Sequence record: OR844650.1
DNA length: 64,000 nt
Strand: one strand, 5' to 3'
Position 1 is the first letter of the stretch, and every line of letters begins with the position of its first letter. The notes under the pieces were generated by a model. That model did not search any database. It saw nothing but the letters and a program-made list of their open reading frames with translations, and was not told the origin of the DNA. The position numbers were made by a program, and so were the translations under genes. Of the stretch, positions 19,494-30,082 are shown piece after piece.

Positions 19494-19906
19494 TATACAC
19501 CTTCATATTCATCAAGAAAATCTTCGATAATCATTTCAGCTTCATCCATATGCATAGCATCAACTTCAATGATGCGAACTTTAGATGCATCCCAAATCAT
19601 AAAGCTAGGAACATTGTCTGGCTCGTAATCATTTTTGTACTGAACAGCATCATAACCTTGAGCAGTGCAATTCTCAATAAGTGAACGCCACTCATCATCA
19701 CTGCCTAAATCTTCACACAGAAGCACGTTATCAACATCAACTTCTAAGGTATGCAAGTATACTGTACATGCGTCTACTACGTTCAGTGGGCTTCTCAGCT
19801 TGCGTAATGCAGCTTCCAAAGCACTGTGTTTACCTCCCATATGAAGACCACCATACGGGATATAAAAGTTATCAATTTTTACAGTACTCGCATGATACAG
19901 TTTCAT
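19493..19906 (-). CDS. putative ADP-ribosyltransferase-fold protein
   Basis: LYHAS first strand, GLHMG, GYDAVQYKNDYE..SFMIWD, resembling ART-PolyVal-type domains. Confidence 0.45.
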   Translation of the reverse strand: MKLYHASTVKIDNFYIPYGGLHMGGKHSALEAALRKLRSPLNVVDACTVYLHTLEVDVDNVLLCEDLGSDDEWRSLIENCTAQGYDAVQYKNDYEPDNVPSFMIWDASKVRIIEVDAMHMDEAEMIIEDFLDEYEGV

Positions 19907-19915
19907 ATTTCATTC

Positions 19916-20500
19916 CTATTTCAGTACTTTAGTCAATGCTTTCACAGCGGTTTCGAGTTGAGCATAGTCGTTAATTGTAAGGTAATGAATACCATGTGCC
20001 TTCATTTCAGCATCTATTTTACTATATAAATCAAACATGTCAAGGATATGATTGTATGCATATGAAGTATTTGAAACACACAATTCTTGGAACAAACGTT
20101 CTTCCAAGTCATTCACAACTTCTCCATGAATATCAAGTACTACACCATCTTTGTAAGTGTAGTACTCTTCACTCCACTCTTCAGAAAGTCGGAACAGTAA
20201 CGGATTCCCGCCGAACACTTCCATGTCATAGGAATTTATCTCACTAAGTAGTGTTTCACCTGGTTCTGGTGTGAAGTCAAAATATGCGAGTGTTGTACCA
20301 TCATAGTCCTTGAGTGATATACCAGTATGATTTAAGGTTACTTCACCATAATTATTATTCTTGAACTTGATTTTGATATTAATCTCAATGTATTTTATTG
20401 TCTCATCATCACTGAAATTGTAATCAACTTTATACTTTTTCCAAAGAAGTTTGATATCTTTGAAGTACTTTAATTTACTTTCAATTTCTTTAAAGTCCAT
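19916..20500 (-). CDS. family A protein
   Basis: EERLFQELCV. Confidence 0.7.
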   Translation of the reverse strand: MDFKEIESKLKYFKDIKLLWKKYKVDYNFSDDETIKYIEINIKIKFKNNNYGEVTLNHTGISLKDYDGTTLAYFDFTPEPGETLLSEINSYDMEVFGGNPLLFRLSEEWSEEYYTYKDGVVLDIHGEVVNDLEERLFQELCVSNTSYAYNHILDMFDLYSKIDAEMKAHGIHYLTINDYAQLETAVKALTKVLK

Positions 20501-21092
20501 CTGGAACCACCATTTCTTGAATGTGCTTACATTTTATATTTGCCATATTGGTATGTAATATAATGCTGTGTTTACGCAATGATTTTACTTTGTAGCACTC
20601 ATTGAGTACTGAAATAATTCCCCATAACTCTTCTACACTAATAGTGATAGGTTCACTTGTACTCAGTTGCATCAGTGCTGCTTGAACATCATCTTTGTTA
20701 TTAATAGTGAACTGGATTCCTCTTTTGAGAATTTTAGTTTTTGGATTGTACTCAGCTAATACATCACCTTCTGGATAACCCTCATGAAGTAATAATGTTG
20801 TTTCAAAATCACCGCAGTTGAAGTTAATTTCATCATAATCAGGTACACAAATGTTCCCTTCCCCGTACTCATTAGGTTCAGATTCTAGTGTTAAAATACG
20901 CTGAGTCTCATTGCTCAGGATGATAGAATCATTCCAGTACTGGGTAGTGAATGCTCTACGTTTCTTTTGAAAGCACATACTCGACATTGAACCATACTTC
21001 TTGTATATGGACTTCTTGAACTCAATAGCAGCAGGAGCCACCTTGATAACTTCACGAATTAAGTCAATAGCTTCTTGATAACTTTTTCTCAT
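20490..21092 (-). CDS. family A protein (degenerate)
   Basis: QAALMQLSTS. Confidence 0.65.
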   Translation of the reverse strand: MRKSYQEAIDLIREVIKVAPAAIEFKKSIYKKYGSMSSMCFQKKRRAFTTQYWNDSIILSNETQRILTLESEPNEYGEGNICVPDYDEINFNCGDFETTLLLHEGYPEGDVLAEYNPKTKILKRGIQFTINNKDDVQAALMQLSTSEPITISVEELWGIISVLNECYKVKSLRKHSIILHTNMANIKCKHIQEMVVPDGL

Positions 21093-21640
21093 TTATCGTA
21101 TCCATATAAAATATGATCTAGTGTACTTTGTACTTCTTCATGAAAGAATGAAGGGTAAACTTGTATCAATTTATCTTTAAGTTCAAGGGAATGGCATAGT
21201 TCTAATGTTTTGTAACAATCCTCGTACTGTGCCAGATCATGTAATGTACTTAACTGAAAATGTTGTTCTTCGGAGTACAATAAATCATAAACCATATTAT
21301 CGGATAAAAGATTAGATTTGATTGAAGGATCAAGTACTGTCTGGTGGTGACCAACCCAAAAGATAGCTTTTGAGTTAATGTTATTACAACCCCATCCTTT
21401 CCCCATCTTTTGGTGAATAGCAAATACACAGGAATCATACAAATTAATGCTCAGACGTTCTTCGTCTGCATGGATAGTTACACCATCAATAGATAGTGTA
21501 TATTTGAAATCCATAGCCCCCTCACTTCGTGCACGAGAACTAAAGACCAGATATCGATGAATTATGGTATTGATTTTATCTGTCCATCCATCAACACATT
21601 TGGATGCACATAATGTAAAAAGATCATGATTGTAGTTCAT
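21089..21640 (-). CDS. family A protein
   Basis: EEQHFQLSTLHD. Confidence 0.75.
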   Translation of the reverse strand: MNYNHDLFTLCASKCVDGWTDKINTIIHRYLVFSSRARSEGAMDFKYTLSIDGVTIHADEERLSINLYDSCVFAIHQKMGKGWGCNNINSKAIFWVGHHQTVLDPSIKSNLLSDNMVYDLLYSEEQHFQLSTLHDLAQYEDCYKTLELCHSLELKDKLIQVYPSFFHEEVQSTLDHILYGYDK

Positions 21641-21701
21641 AAAATTCTCCTTTAGGACAATGTATCATACAAAAATACCAGAGTCAACCCCTGGTACGAA
21701 T

Positions 21702-22283
21702 TTAATCCATCATAAGTGGGATAATTGCCCATATCTTTTTCATAATCATATCTTCAGTAAAAACAAATGTTTTAGGAGCAGTATATGATATTGACACACC
21801 AAATGGAAGTTTGATTGCATCATCAATTATATTATGAATATCAAACAATGTTTTAACATAATCATACGGTGGAAGTTCATGAATTGTACTTAACTGAAAG
21901 TAATTCTCTTCACCAAAATCACTATATTCAATTTCACAAATTTTAGTGAATTGATGATTCCATTTAGATATAATACTATTTTTATTATTGTACATAGTAG
22001 TTCTATGCATAAAACCATTTTTGCTAGTATGATTTGATATTACGTTTTCTTCAATGTCAGTATCTATTTTAAAATTCATATCAAAGTTGTAGTACGGACT
22101 TGACGATTCTTTGAATTTTAAATGTAAATTGCGATTGTTATTAATTTCAATTTCAATACAAAACACATCTGAATCAAAACGATTAAACTTGTAATCGTTA
22201 TCTTCCGGTAGATTCTGTATTTTTTTCATAATACTAAGCATAGGGTGTACTACACTTTTAATAAAATCATTTGTTATTTTCAT
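21702..22283 (-). CDS. family A protein
   Basis: EENYFQLSTIHE. Confidence 0.75.
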   Translation of the reverse strand: MKITNDFIKSVVHPMLSIMKKIQNLPEDNDYKFNRFDSDVFCIEIEINNNRNLHLKFKESSSPYYNFDMNFKIDTDIEENVISNHTSKNGFMHRTTMYNNKNSIISKWNHQFTKICEIEYSDFGEENYFQLSTIHELPPYDYVKTLFDIHNIIDDAIKLPFGVSISYTAPKTFVFTEDMIMKKIWAIIPLMMD

Positions 22284-22776
22284 AGTATTCCTTTAGAACT
22301 TTATATGATTCAACAATACTATCTTGTGTATAATTTGAACTATATACAACAGCACTTGTTTTAGTTGACCATAGATATGACATAAAGGTTATAACACTAC
22401 TACATGGACTTAATGTATTGTTTTGAAATTCAATTTCTTCAATGTTATCAGTACTGGTATAGATGAATTGGAAAGTACCCATTGATTTATTGGACAGCGA
22501 TACTATAGTAGAATCCGTACCAGGACTATACATGAATGTCTCATTACTAATTGAACTATCATTAGTATATGATGGTTTGGGAATATAAATCAAACGCATG
22601 ATATCGCGTTCAAGACCTGACTTATTACTTTCCACCAAAGAAATCATATCTATATTTGATATATGTTCAACACTGACATGGAACTTTTTGTCGAGAATCA
22701 CATCTCCATGAGAATTTTTATATGAAGACAAAATCTCATACATCTCAACTAATTCGCGTGCATTTAATAAACTCAT
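22267..22776 (-). CDS. family A protein
   Basis: EEIEFQNNTLS. Confidence 0.7.
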   Translation of the reverse strand: MSLLNARELVEMYEILSSYKNSHGDVILDKKFHVSVEHISNIDMISLVESNKSGLERDIMRLIYIPKPSYTNDSSISNETFMYSPGTDSTIVSLSNKSMGTFQFIYTSTDNIEEIEFQNNTLSPCSSVITFMSYLWSTKTSAVVYSSNYTQDSIVESYKVLKEYYENNK

Positions 22777-23201
22777 GTTTTGTCTCTTAATGAAAGAATA
22801 TCCTTAGTATAAACTGAAACAGAAATATGATTATATTTCATCATTAATTTATACACATAAGAAGCTAGTACTAAATCGTAAATTAATTTAGTATTATACA
22901 GTACTTGGTATTGTAACGCAAGTGAATCAATATCATCTTTACTTTCAATATCCAGAAATGTACCGAAAAATGTAGTACCGTAGAGATGAAAAGTGGAATT
23001 AATGCAATCAATGCATTCATTGTCCAATAGAGTAGATGCTGATGCCCTCGGTGAATCCCAAATAGTCACTGCGTGTATGCCCTCAACGAACAAATCTATC
23101 CATATTTTGTGTCGTTGTCTTTTTTTTGTTTTATAATTTTCTGGATTTGAAAGTGTAGTTTCAATTATATCCCATATGTACAAACAATCATCTCTTGTCA
23201 T
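22773..23201 (-). CDS. family A protein (degenerate)
   Basis: DSLALQYQVLY. Confidence 0.65.
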   Translation of the reverse strand: MTRDDCLYIWDIIETTLSNPENYKTKKRQRHKIWIDLFVEGIHAVTIWDSPRASASTLLDNECIDCINSTFHLYGTTFFGTFLDIESKDDIDSLALQYQVLYNTKLIYDLVLASYVYKLMMKYNHISVSVYTKDILSLRDKT

Positions 23202-23779
23202 TGTAGCACCTTATCCATTGCTGCATTTAATGCTTTTAAACGATCAACATTCAAAGTATTGAAGATGTACGTTCCTAAAATGTGGAAATCGAATTGGTTC
23301 TTTTTGTATGTATGATAAATTAAACTACAAAAAACAACAGTACTAAGAACCTCTTCAGGTATAACAGTGCTCATCTGGAACAGTTCTTCTTCAACTGTAC
23401 TTGAATCTGGATTGATAGCTTTTAACACATACTCTTCATCACCGAATAGTACTTTAATATTATATAAAACACCAATAGTACTAATATGGAATGGGTGATG
23501 TGAAAAACTTCCATCATCCTTAATTTGTATATCGGTTCTAATCTCACACTCTTCATTACTTTTACTTTTATTTTTTACAATACAAATATTTCTGGCCCCA
23601 GAAATAGTAAGAATACCGTGGTCGTAATATTCATTTGACCAACATTTGGATGAAATTGATACATCACGGATGAGATATTGTTTTTCAATTTCTTTCGCAC
23701 TACCAACAATTGATAGCATTTTTTTACTGATATCATATAATAACTGATGGCGTTCTGTCATATAACTATAAGCGTTCAT
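23198..23779 (-). CDS. family A protein
   Basis: EEELFQMSTVI. Confidence 0.75.
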   Translation of the reverse strand: MNAYSYMTERHQLLYDISKKMLSIVGSAKEIEKQYLIRDVSISSKCWSNEYYDHGILTISGARNICIVKNKSKSNEECEIRTDIQIKDDGSFSHHPFHISTIGVLYNIKVLFGDEEYVLKAINPDSSTVEEELFQMSTVIPEEVLSTVVFCSLIYHTYKKNQFDFHILGTYIFNTLNVDRLKALNAAMDKVLQ

Positions 23780-24350
23780 ATTTTTCCTTAACAGATTCTA
23801 TATTTTGAAGTAGTGTATTCAGAACATCAGTCTTGCAATTGATAAAATCATTGTACATAACTAGTTCACCACAATCAAGAATTTTTGCAGTATCGTAACA
23901 AAGCATTAAGTACTCGAATTCTTTGTAATTGTCCAACAAGGATTTCTGGAAAATGAATGCATCTCGAATATCTTCACTTTGGTCTAATTCTGGTGGAACA
24001 TCCAACCCAATAAAACCATCATCTTCACTGAAATCAGATTCTACAATTTTATTCATTTTTTCATGTAATGCATTCGCAAATACCATATTAGAAGAAATAG
24101 AACCAATACGTTCACGATTTCTGGATGTGCGAATGTACATAGTAATCGTATCCCATGAACTTTTAATTTTTTTAGAAAATTCATAAGTTTTATATACATC
24201 CAACTGAACTGATCCAAAACGATGTTTGGATTTGTTTTCAATTTTCAGTCGATAATCATCAAATTCAACAATTTCTGTAATGTCATGAATCTCTGAAAGT
24301 TCTGCAATGTCATGCATGAGTCTCAAAATTTTAGTTCTGATATGGTTCAT
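23766..24350 (-). CDS. family A protein
   Basis: DAFIFQKSLLD. Confidence 0.75.
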   Translation of the reverse strand: MNHIRTKILRLMHDIAELSEIHDITEIVEFDDYRLKIENKSKHRFGSVQLDVYKTYEFSKKIKSSWDTITMYIRTSRNRERIGSISSNMVFANALHEKMNKIVESDFSEDDGFIGLDVPPELDQSEDIRDAFIFQKSLLDNYKEFEYLMLCYDTAKILDCGELVMYNDFINCKTDVLNTLLQNIESVKEKYERL

Positions 24351-24925
24351 TGTGCATCCTCGAATTTAACAGGTACATGTTCATTAATGAAATTCTTAAG
24401 AGCCTGTACTAAATCCTCTAATTCTTTTGTACTGTATTTTAAAATAGTTTTAAAGTGAATCAAATCTTTTCTTTCCATGATCTTTGGAATTTTATATGCT
24501 AACTCTAAACAGCGTACAGTACTGGCATCATACAAAAGGTTTGCGTTGAACATTAGAACATTGTATTCATCAGATGAAATTTTATAATTATATGTATCAA
24601 TCACTTCATGTGTGTATAAATTCTTATACACAATTTTATTCTCACTGAAGTTTGAGCAAACACACAGATGATCGTTGTAAAATGAAGAACGATAATCTTG
24701 TTTACGTTGTACATCTGATATGATTTGTAATACTGTATATTTTTCTTCAGAATCCAACTCAATGTTAGCATAACTGCTTGCAGTTTCGGATGCAAGGATA
24801 TTGATGTTATATTTCTCATTGACTTTAATGTACTGGCGGGAACCAGTATCAGGAATGAACTTAAAACAATGCTTCAGAAGTAATGTGACTTCTTTAATTA
24901 ATTCAGTACTCATAGATTCCTCCAA
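24347..24925 (-). CDS. hypothetical protein (family A-like layout)
   Basis: Similar size; motif degenerate (VLMFNANLLYD). Confidence 0.65.
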   Translation of the reverse strand: MEESMSTELIKEVTLLLKHCFKFIPDTGSRQYIKVNEKYNINILASETASSYANIELDSEEKYTVLQIISDVQRKQDYRSSFYNDHLCVCSNFSENKIVYKNLYTHEVIDTYNYKISSDEYNVLMFNANLLYDASTVRCLELAYKIPKIMERKDLIHFKTILKYSTKELEDLVQALKNFINEHVPVKFEDAQ

Positions 24926-24940
24926 CTCTATTTAAAATCA

Positions 24941-24969
24941 AGTATAACACACCTGAATGCTCTTGTAAA
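24941..24969 (-). promoter_or_regulatory. sigma70-type promoter
   Basis: TTTACA-17-TATACT. Confidence 0.65.
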
Positions 24970-24980
24970 GCCATAAACAC

Positions 24981-25002
24981 AAAAAGACCCATACGGGTCT
25001 TT
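24981..25002 (-). terminator. rho-independent terminator
   Basis: AAAGACCC-ATAC-GGGTCTTT plus T-run. Confidence 0.7.
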
Positions 25003-25567
25003 ATTTTGGTAAAACACTGTCAATGTACGCTAGAACCTCATCTCGAAGGTACGTTCCATCTATAGTTAGGTAATAGTTCATGGGAATATCACTCCCAACC
25101 TTCTCATAAATTTTCATACATGATATCACATCTTCATCACAAATGGTACTCAATTGAAAAAGTACTTCATCGGTTAACGGTACGATATCATGTTTAGATA
25201 GGGGATTGGTATTTTCATTCAACACAATATTAATCAAGTTAGGCGTATTCTTTGACGAAATATAACGATGCTTACTACGAATTACCATTCTCGATAGTGA
25301 AATACTGGAACTCCATCTTGGATCAACATCTTCATATGATAACGATATTAACATCTCGTGAAAATCTTGAAATTTCATTGACGCATAATATGTTTTATCC
25401 TCACCGTACATACCAAATGATTTAAATTCAATATCCCCTACTTTGTATGTATCGACATCATTATTTGAGAACTTTATTAAACTATTAATTAGTCTAATTA
25501 GAATATCATCTTTATCCATTCTTAAATAACTCCAAGTGCATGTCGTATAAATCTCTGAAGTCTTCAT
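25001..25567 (-). CDS. family A protein
   Basis: DEVLFQLSTICD. Confidence 0.75.
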   Translation of the reverse strand: MKTSEIYTTCTWSYLRMDKDDILIRLINSLIKFSNNDVDTYKVGDIEFKSFGMYGEDKTYYASMKFQDFHEMLISLSYEDVDPRWSSSISLSRMVIRSKHRYISSKNTPNLINIVLNENTNPLSKHDIVPLTDEVLFQLSTICDEDVISCMKIYEKVGSDIPMNYYLTIDGTYLRDEVLAYIDSVLPK

Positions 25568-26075
25568 AGAAATCTTTTTCTTCCAGAATATCCTTTAAAC
25601 TAGGAAACAGTGCCATAATTTCTTCTATATCCGATTCTATGAAAAACCCTGATGGATTATCGTAGTTTTGTAACAGATAACTGAAAGTAATAATGTAAAG
25701 AAGTTCATTAGGATTGTGAATTAAACTTAGCTGGAACATAGCTGATTCTAAATCGGATTCAGTACTAAGATCAACCCAACGTGAATTTCTATAATCAATT
25801 CGTACTTGACTTGTATTTGGATTCCATGTGAAGCAATGTGTACCAATATGACCTATACAACCAACCCTTGTACTGTCTCCGGTATCAACACTGATATCAA
25901 CAAATAGTTCAATACTGATATCGGATGATGTTACACGACCTTTTTTCAGAAATAAATCATTATCCTTACGAAATTGTTTGGATGAAAGAGTGTCAATGAT
26001 GCACATCAATGTTTTTGCAAATGCAACACAATGACGAAATTCAAGCCTATGAAATTGGTAATCATTGATATTCAT
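25512..26075 (-). CDS. family A protein
   Basis: ESAMFQLSLIHN. Confidence 0.75.
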   Translation of the reverse strand: MNINDYQFHRLEFRHCVAFAKTLMCIIDTLSSKQFRKDNDLFLKKGRVTSSDISIELFVDISVDTGDSTRVGCIGHIGTHCFTWNPNTSQVRIDYRNSRWVDLSTESDLESAMFQLSLIHNPNELLYIITFSYLLQNYDNPSGFFIESDIEEIMALFPSLKDILEEKDFYEDFRDLYDMHLELFKNG

Positions 26076-26614
26076 AATTCAACCCTCAATATTTTATCAG
26101 CAATTGATATAACCTTATCATTGAATACATTACCAATCTCAATCCTTATATACATAGCAGGTGGAATCTTTCCTTGTAGTGAATAATATGTTTGTATACC
26201 TAAGTACTCATTATCTGATAATGAAAATTTGATTCTCTCCATATCAATGTCTGTTACTGGTAAATCAATCATTTCATAATGGTAGTCAACGTTTTCAGTG
26301 TATATTTTATCGAAGTAATTTGAATAATCACTACTAATGTAGATGCTATCATCACGAATAATTACTTTATAATCAGAAGGTTCAAATTTATCTTTACAGG
26401 AAAAGAATGCATCATCTATTTTCTCTTCTCTTATACCGAATAACATTTTACCATCATATTTTACATCAAGAATACTACCTAGTATATTAATGGTACAATG
26501 CTCATCAATATTATGATGTAATGAACGTTTTTTGTATTTTGGGTTAATGAAAATTTTCATTAATTTTATACAAATGTCAGTAATGCATTTTACATTCTCA
26601 TTTTCTATGTACAT
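26072..26614 (-). CDS. family A protein (degenerate)
   Basis: MERIKFSLSD; same size class. Confidence 0.6.
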   Translation of the reverse strand: MYIENENVKCITDICIKLMKIFINPKYKKRSLHHNIDEHCTINILGSILDVKYDGKMLFGIREEKIDDAFFSCKDKFEPSDYKVIIRDDSIYISSDYSNYFDKIYTENVDYHYEMIDLPVTDIDMERIKFSLSDNEYLGIQTYYSLQGKIPPAMYIRIEIGNVFNDKVISIADKILRVEL

Positions 26615-27101
26615 TAAAAGCCCTCTTTAATTCTTTTACATTTTTAATGAATACTTTCATTGCAGAAATCTCAAAAGATAATGTATTAAATTTGCAGTAC
26701 TTTTTAAAGTACGACATAATATATAACATTTTGAGTTCTTTTTCTGTATAAATTAAACTGTTTTGAAAGTAACTTTCTTCGGAAATGTCCGTAAGAAAAG
26801 AATAAAATGTATTTTGCTTGTGCACAATTTTAATACTATCAGACCAAGATTTGTATGAAACGTAATCAGTACGTGCAAAATCATATAGTGAATTAGATGT
26901 ATCTGTGTATGTTTCCGAGAACACAATCTTATATATCTTATCTTGAATTCGAGAACATATGTACCTATGGTCATCTGTCTCACTGATTGCAATGTATCTA
27001 TGGAGTAAATCTTTATGAGCATTGATGAACTCAAACACTTCTAAACACTCCTTAGCGAACTTCATAGTTTCTCTGTACTTTCGGTTCATTAGTCTCTCCA
27101 A
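26598..27101 (-). CDS. family A protein
   Basis: EESYFQNSLIY. Confidence 0.75.
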   Translation of the reverse strand: MERLMNRKYRETMKFAKECLEVFEFINAHKDLLHRYIAISETDDHRYICSRIQDKIYKIVFSETYTDTSNSLYDFARTDYVSYKSWSDSIKIVHKQNTFYSFLTDISEESYFQNSLIYTEKELKMLYIMSYFKKYCKFNTLSFEISAMKVFIKNVKELKRAFNVHRK

Positions 27102-27502
27102 ACTTTACCAGGGAAGTGTTTCTCGTAGTACTCATCATCACTTAACATATAATCAGGAGTTTCTACTTCTATGGTTTTGAAGATTGTTTCTGGAATGTGT
27201 GTGACTTTATTGGGTTGTACTTTATGTTCGCGTAAAACCTTCTGTATCGCTCCTAGACGTTGTAAATCGATACATGTAGGAAGAACTAAGCTGTACTGAA
27301 ATAGCTCATCAGGGGTCATTATAGACACATCTTTCGCTTGTTTGATTTGATAATTAGTACTAATGAATATATCAAATCCTTGTACAGCATTATAGCTTAC
27401 ATAGGTTGTTTTATTTTTGTCAATAGGAGCACTTAAACGATATCCATATACCCCGTGTTGATCAACAAGACAGCGTTGCATAATTTTAATCATTTCTAAC
27501 AT
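27089..27502 (-). CDS. family A protein (short type)
   Basis: PDELFQYSLVL. Confidence 0.75.
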   Translation of the reverse strand: MLEMIKIMQRCLVDQHGVYGYRLSAPIDKNKTTYVSYNAVQGFDIFISTNYQIKQAKDVSIMTPDELFQYSLVLPTCIDLQRLGAIQKVLREHKVQPNKVTHIPETIFKTIEVETPDYMLSDDEYYEKHFPGKVWRD

Positions 27503-27848
27503 AATTTACCTCATATGTATTGTAACACCACGGTTTAACAATATCGATTTGTATATCATTTGCTTCATGAAAATGTTTAAGTACCTTCTGGTATTCCATT
27601 ATTTCGTACACATCTTCAGTACTGATAGTGCTCTCCTGAAATAATTCCTCTTCTGATAAAGTACTATAATCAGGGATTTTTATTTCTGAATATATATCAT
27701 TTATCTTTCCATTATTTTGATAAATCTGGATATAAAATTGATTGTACTCTGGAATATAGGTTACATAATGGTTGTGGTTGATTACATATCTTGAAACAAA
27801 GTATTCAGTACCATCAGTCATGTACTGAATTGTTGTCGTATTTTGCAT
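27486..27848 (-). CDS. family A protein (short type)
   Basis: PDYSTLSEEELFQEST. Confidence 0.75.
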   Translation of the reverse strand: MQNTTTIQYMTDGTEYFVSRYVINHNHYVTYIPEYNQFYIQIYQNNGKINDIYSEIKIPDYSTLSEEELFQESTISTEDVYEIMEYQKVLKHFHEANDIQIDIVKPWCYNTYEVNYVRND

Positions 27849-28308
27849 TCAAATAATCCACGCATTTATAGTATACTACTAAATCTAAAAAGAATCGTTG
27901 TTTGTATTTGTAATGATGAAGTAGTGCACCATAAAATAACATAGCATTAAGTACTTTTACATCATGAATACAAGACTCTTGAAAGTACATTTCTTCTGTC
28001 ATGAAAACTAACTCACTATAAGGGACAAGCACTGAATCTCTAAAGGTATCAATATTAATCTTCAAATCAGACCCAGGGCAATATGAAATGTATTCTGCTT
28101 TGTAATGAAAGTCATTATCATCAAAGTACTCCGCGTAGATTTGATTACCTCTACCATTAGTAAATGCTAGTCTTCCTTTAGATGAACTGAACTCATCGTA
28201 TTGAAACATACCACCAAAAGGTTTAGGACTTCTGAACTCCTTTGCAATGCGATAGATATTTTCTGCAAATTCTAAAACACCATCGTAATCATATTCTGTA
28301 GTAATCAT
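27814..28308 (-). CDS. family A protein
   Basis: EEMYFQESCIHD; FFLDL. Confidence 0.75.
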   Translation of the reverse strand: MITTEYDYDGVLEFAENIYRIAKEFRSPKPFGGMFQYDEFSSSKGRLAFTNGRGNQIYAEYFDDNDFHYKAEYISYCPGSDLKINIDTFRDSVLVPYSELVFMTEEMYFQESCIHDVKVLNAMLFYGALLHHYKYKQRFFLDLVVYYKCVDYLNAKYDNNSVHD

Positions 28309-28781
28309 AAACCATTTTTCTCCAGGTACTCAATAATACAATCGACATTGTTCAGGTCCAAGTAGAAATGATCACTATCGGAATTTAGTTCATTTTTAAG
28401 GGCTGTTAAAATCACTGAACTGAAAACAATCCTCTCTGGATACACAGTACTGTACTGGAAGAACTCTTCTTCAGTGTTAATTACAATCGTATCAAATGCT
28501 TCATTTATAAGAAGATGATTGTAGTATTTGAAATTATCTGAACTTGGGAAATGGTATGAAATAAAATCACCACTTGGTACTTCATCAAGCACTCTAATAC
28601 TACAAGTTGATTCATCTGAGCTATAGAGTAACCCATCCATAAAGGAAAGATATCCATTTCGTTTAATAACTTTATTTTTATCAATTAAAAAATCTTCAGT
28701 AACATTCGCAAGGAATTTATAAACCCTGATAATGTCTTTTGCTATTTTTTGTGCATTGCTAAATGATAGGTCTTTGGACAT
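28305..28781 (-). CDS. family A protein
   Basis: EEEFFQYSTVY; FYLDL. Confidence 0.75.
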   Translation of the reverse strand: MSKDLSFSNAQKIAKDIIRVYKFLANVTEDFLIDKNKVIKRNGYLSFMDGLLYSSDESTCSIRVLDEVPSGDFISYHFPSSDNFKYYNHLLINEAFDTIVINTEEEFFQYSTVYPERIVFSSVILTALKNELNSDSDHFYLDLNNVDCIIEYLEKNGL

Positions 28782-28814
28782 TGTGTTATAACCCTTTACA
28801 ATTAATATAAAGGG

Positions 28815-28844
28815 ATTATATCACAAAAAATCGGTGGGTGTCAA
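28815..28844 (-). promoter_or_regulatory. sigma70-type promoter
   Basis: TTGACA-18-TATAAT. Confidence 0.65.
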
Positions 28845-29377
28845 GAGTGGTTGCGAAGTTCTACCATTTCTTCCCAAACTAATTGGTAATCTTCTAAGTC
28901 CAGATAGAAGTCTTCATTCCAGTGCTCATGAAAGTACTTATACATGAATAGAACTCCTAAATCGTATGCAGGAAACAATAATGATAGTTGAAAGTAGTAT
29001 TCCTGATTTAAAACTATATCAATAAACTCTAATGTACGTATGCCACCTTTCGATGAACGTATCTCAATGTGTGAGGTATCCTTCATACTGTAACACATGA
29101 AACCACCTCTAAATTCTGGATCATATTCACATTCGAACTGCTCACTGTTGTTATAGAAATCTCTCCCACTTTCTTGATCTTTCGGTCTACGTACTGATAC
29201 ATGAATATTTTTATCACGGTACATTGAACGATTTAGTATTTTCAAACATTTGAACTTATCTTTTTTAATGAACTTGATAATATCAATTATATCTTGTGCT
29301 GTACTGATAGCTGATTCGAATGTATCCAACTTAAGATGATTATATTGGGTTCCAGAGTTCATTTTTTTATCTAACAT
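28841..29377 (-). CDS. family A protein
   Basis: QEYYFQLSLLF; FYLDL; start moved to MLDKK. Confidence 0.75.
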   Translation of the reverse strand: MLDKKMNSGTQYNHLKLDTFESAISTAQDIIDIIKFIKKDKFKCLKILNRSMYRDKNIHVSVRRPKDQESGRDFYNNSEQFECEYDPEFRGGFMCYSMKDTSHIEIRSSKGGIRTLEFIDIVLNQEYYFQLSLLFPAYDLGVLFMYKYFHEHWNEDFYLDLEDYQLVWEEMVELRNHS

Positions 29378-29384
29378 ATAAACC

Positions 29385-29726
29385 TCATAATTCATACATT
29401 TTTGATTTGAACTGCATATGACCACCTATTTCACATGGATAACAATTCATAATTTTGTTCAATAGAATCTGGTATTTTTTAATAACTTCTATATCAATTT
29501 TTATATTACTATTAAAAACTAATGATTCTTGAAATAATTCCCCCTCGTCAAGTGAAGTAAAATCATTTATCTTCAAGGGTATATTGTTGCATCGCAAGGA
29601 GAATGTATTTTCATCACGAATTAAAGTATAGAAATCATTATGTTTTTTATTATAATCAAATTTAACAAGTAGTAGTTTAATATGAGTAGCGTACATTACT
29701 TTAACTAATTCAGATTCACGTCGCAT
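29385..29726 (-). CDS. family A protein (short type)
   Basis: EGELFQESLVFN. Confidence 0.75.
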   Translation of the reverse strand: MRRESELVKVMYATHIKLLLVKFDYNKKHNDFYTLIRDENTFSLRCNNIPLKINDFTSLDEGELFQESLVFNSNIKIDIEVIKKYQILLNKIMNCYPCEIGGHMQFKSKMYEL

Positions 29727-30082
29727 ACAATACCTCTCTTATGATGCAAACATTCTTGCATAATGTGTTGTATTTTTCGTAACAGAAACACATCCAGTTC
29801 ATTAAAAACAGTACTGTACTGGAACATCTCTTCTTCCCCGTACTCAGTTAAATCATCAATTTCATCTCTAGAAACAGCTACAATATTAAAACCACGTGTA
29901 CTACAATAACCCTTAGTAAGATAATATATGTACTTGTACTCTCCGTTGATATCTAAGAGATCTTGTGTGATACAGAAGCTTTTGGGTGACAGTTTATCAT
30001 CAGGAACCATATGCCTTGCTTGTACATAGCAACGGATACCATCACCTATACTATATGTAATAACTTCAAATTCAATCTTCAT
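29705..30082 (-). CDS. family A protein (short type)
   Basis: EEEMFQYSTVFN; start moved to MKIEF. Confidence 0.75.
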   Translation of the reverse strand: MKIEFEVITYSIGDGIRCYVQARHMVPDDKLSPKSFCITQDLLDINGEYKYIYYLTKGYCSTRGFNIVAVSRDEIDDLTEYGEEEMFQYSTVFNELDVFLLRKIQHIMQECLHHKRGIVCDVNLN

